DNA of 57,712 nucleotides from Dehalococcoidia bacterium. Lineage in GTDB: Bacteria > Chloroflexota > Dehalococcoidia > GIF9 > AB-539-J10. How positions within the stretch are numbered: the stretch's first letter is position 1; every line of letters begins with the position of its first letter. The notes below the pieces were generated by a model, which was not told the origin of the DNA, searched no databases, and saw nothing but the letters and a program-made list of their open reading frames with translations. A program made the position numbers and the translations under genes. The stretch lies in the NCBI GenBank assembly GCA_021162545.1, contig JAGGYM010000058.1, positions 1 through 57,712 on the forward strand, given 5' to 3'. Shown here one piece after another: positions 56,565 to 57,712 of the stretch.

Positions 56565-57712
56565 ATGGACACTGCACTCTTCAAAGATAGTTCCTCCGGT
56601 AAGCTTATCCGGGCCACTGGTGGGTACTGGGCTTTCGTGCCCAACCCATTGCCGCCCAGACTAGACTGGGATGATGCACTGGTATCCTTGCTATCTAATG
56701 CTGACATAGCTCTCGGGACTCTCTCCGGGCTCGGTGAAGCTTTGCCCAATCCACATCTTCTCATCTACCCTTTCATCAGGAGAGAGGCAGTGCTATCGTC
56801 GCGCATTGAGGGCACACAGTCCTCGCTTTCCGACCTTCTGCTATTCGAGGCAACCAGGGTCGAAAGACAGAGAGACGTCAAGGAAGTGCAGAACTATGTT
56901 CGTGCCATGGAGTATGGACTTAAGCGGTTGAATGAGTTGCCGCTAAGCTTACGGTTTATTCGTGAGTTACACAGCATTCTGATGGAAGGAGTGCGCGGTG
57001 AGCATGCTACTCCCGGTGAGTTTCGCCGGTCGCAAAACTGGATAGGCCCCACCGGAGCTAGCCTGAACAAGGCAACCTTCATACCACCACAGGTGACAGA
57101 GATGCAGGAGTGCCTTAGCCAGATGGAGAAGTTTCTTCATGCCAAAACCAGGCTGCCACCCCTTGTTCAGGCGGCATTGGTACACTATCAGTTCGAGGCC
57201 ATCCATCCCTTCCTGGATGGCAACGGGCGTATCGGCCGGCTTCTGAGCACACTTCTTTTATGCCAGAGAAATGTCCTCAGCAAACCATTGCTTTACCTCA
57301 GTGCCTTCTTTGAGAAGCATCGCCAGGAGTATTATGAGCTTCTTTTGAAAGTAAGCGGCAACGGGGCCTGGCAGGAATGGATTGAGTTTTTCTTGACAGC
57401 AGTGGCCGAGCAGTCCGGTGATGCGGTGTCAAGAGCACGGCGTCTCCAGGAGCTTCTACACACTTACTCCCAGGTCGTCAGGGAAAACCATTTGCCGCCG
57501 ACAGCGAGGGGACTAGTTGAGCTCATTTTTATGAAGCCGGTCATGAATACCAGAACCGTCCAGGAATTTCTCAAGGTGAGCTATCCGTCCGCTCAGAATG
57601 CGATAAACTCACTTGAGGAAGCTGGTATCCTGATTGAGATTACCGGGCGCAAGCGCGCCAGGGCCTATTCAGCCAGTGAAATTCTTAAGGTTCTGGATGG
57701 GGAAATAGCGCC
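56565..57712 (+). CDS. Fic family protein (class II, SoFic-like architecture); 3' end beyond window; not in ORF track
   Basis: Hand translation MDTALFKDSSSGKL...FVPNPLPP...EAVLSSRIEGT...FRRSQNWIG...HPFLDGNGRIGR...EITGRKR. Confidence 0.92.
   Translation, partial: MDTALFKDSSSGKLIRATGGYWAFVPNPLPPRLDWDDALVSLLSNADIALGTLSGLGEALPNPHLLIYPFIRREAVLSSRIEGTQSSLSDLLLFEATRVERQRDVKEVQNYVRAMEYGLKRLNELPLSLRFIRELHSILMEGVRGEHATPGEFRRSQNWIGPTGASLNKATFIPPQVTEMQECLSQMEKFLHAKTRLPPLVQAALVHYQFEAIHPFLDGNGRIGRLLSTLLLCQRNVLSKPLLYLSAFFEKHRQEYYELLLKVSGNGAWQEWIEFFLTAVAEQSGDAVSRARRLQELLHTYSQVVRENHLPPTARGLVELIFMKPVMNTRTVQEFLKVSYPSAQNAINSLEEAGILIEITGRKRARAYSASEILKVLDGEIA

Noticed and set aside
1-57712. tRNA, rRNA, CRISPR array, integrase or prophage
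   Set aside because: No cloverleaf or T-loop signatures, regular repeat-spacer units, recombinase or phage structural genes were seen by eye; tRNAscan-SE and CRISPRCasFinder would confirm.

Overview
This is a bacterial chromosomal segment. Gene content and style (DegV, TIGR04076, DUF5667/PKD and Asp23-AmaP-DUF2273 genes, lipoprotein substrate-binding proteins (SBPs), the yceD-rpmF-fabD-nusB-acpP cluster) suggest an anaerobic Chloroflexota, probably Dehalococcoidia-like; this assignment is inference. Main blocks: (1) 1-27 kb, mixed housekeeping, transport and envelope genes, including two tandem glycine-betaine-family SBPs, each behind its own copy of a ~360-bp leader; (2) a Tat-exported, Cys-type formate dehydrogenase operon fdnGHI-fdhE; (3) a visibly AT-richer accessory or defence-like island at ~33.7-42.2 kb (TPR protein, Panacea antitoxin remnant, an RHH-LemA-NUDIX-2H phosphoesterase cluster, a TIR protein, IS remnants, a nonsense-interrupted nuclease, and a beta-CASP MBL hydrolase with a PD-(D/E)XK-like partner); (4) a complete archaeal-order A/V-type ATP synthase operon with two different c subunits; (5) fatty-acid and ribosomal housekeeping genes, an M20 amidohydrolase and a Fic gene cut by the window end. 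The best novel candidates are (a) the duplicated leader, arranged as promoter, Cys-rich 16-aa uORF, hairpin, Phe/Pro-rich 32-aa uORF, terminator, SBP, which looks like an undescribed two-peptide attenuator, and (b) the LemA-NUDIX-2H module, whose two enzymes both end in MinD-like amphipathic tails, next to a TIR gene. No rRNA, tRNA or CRISPR array was seen. Family calls come from motif recognition by eye, not from database searches.
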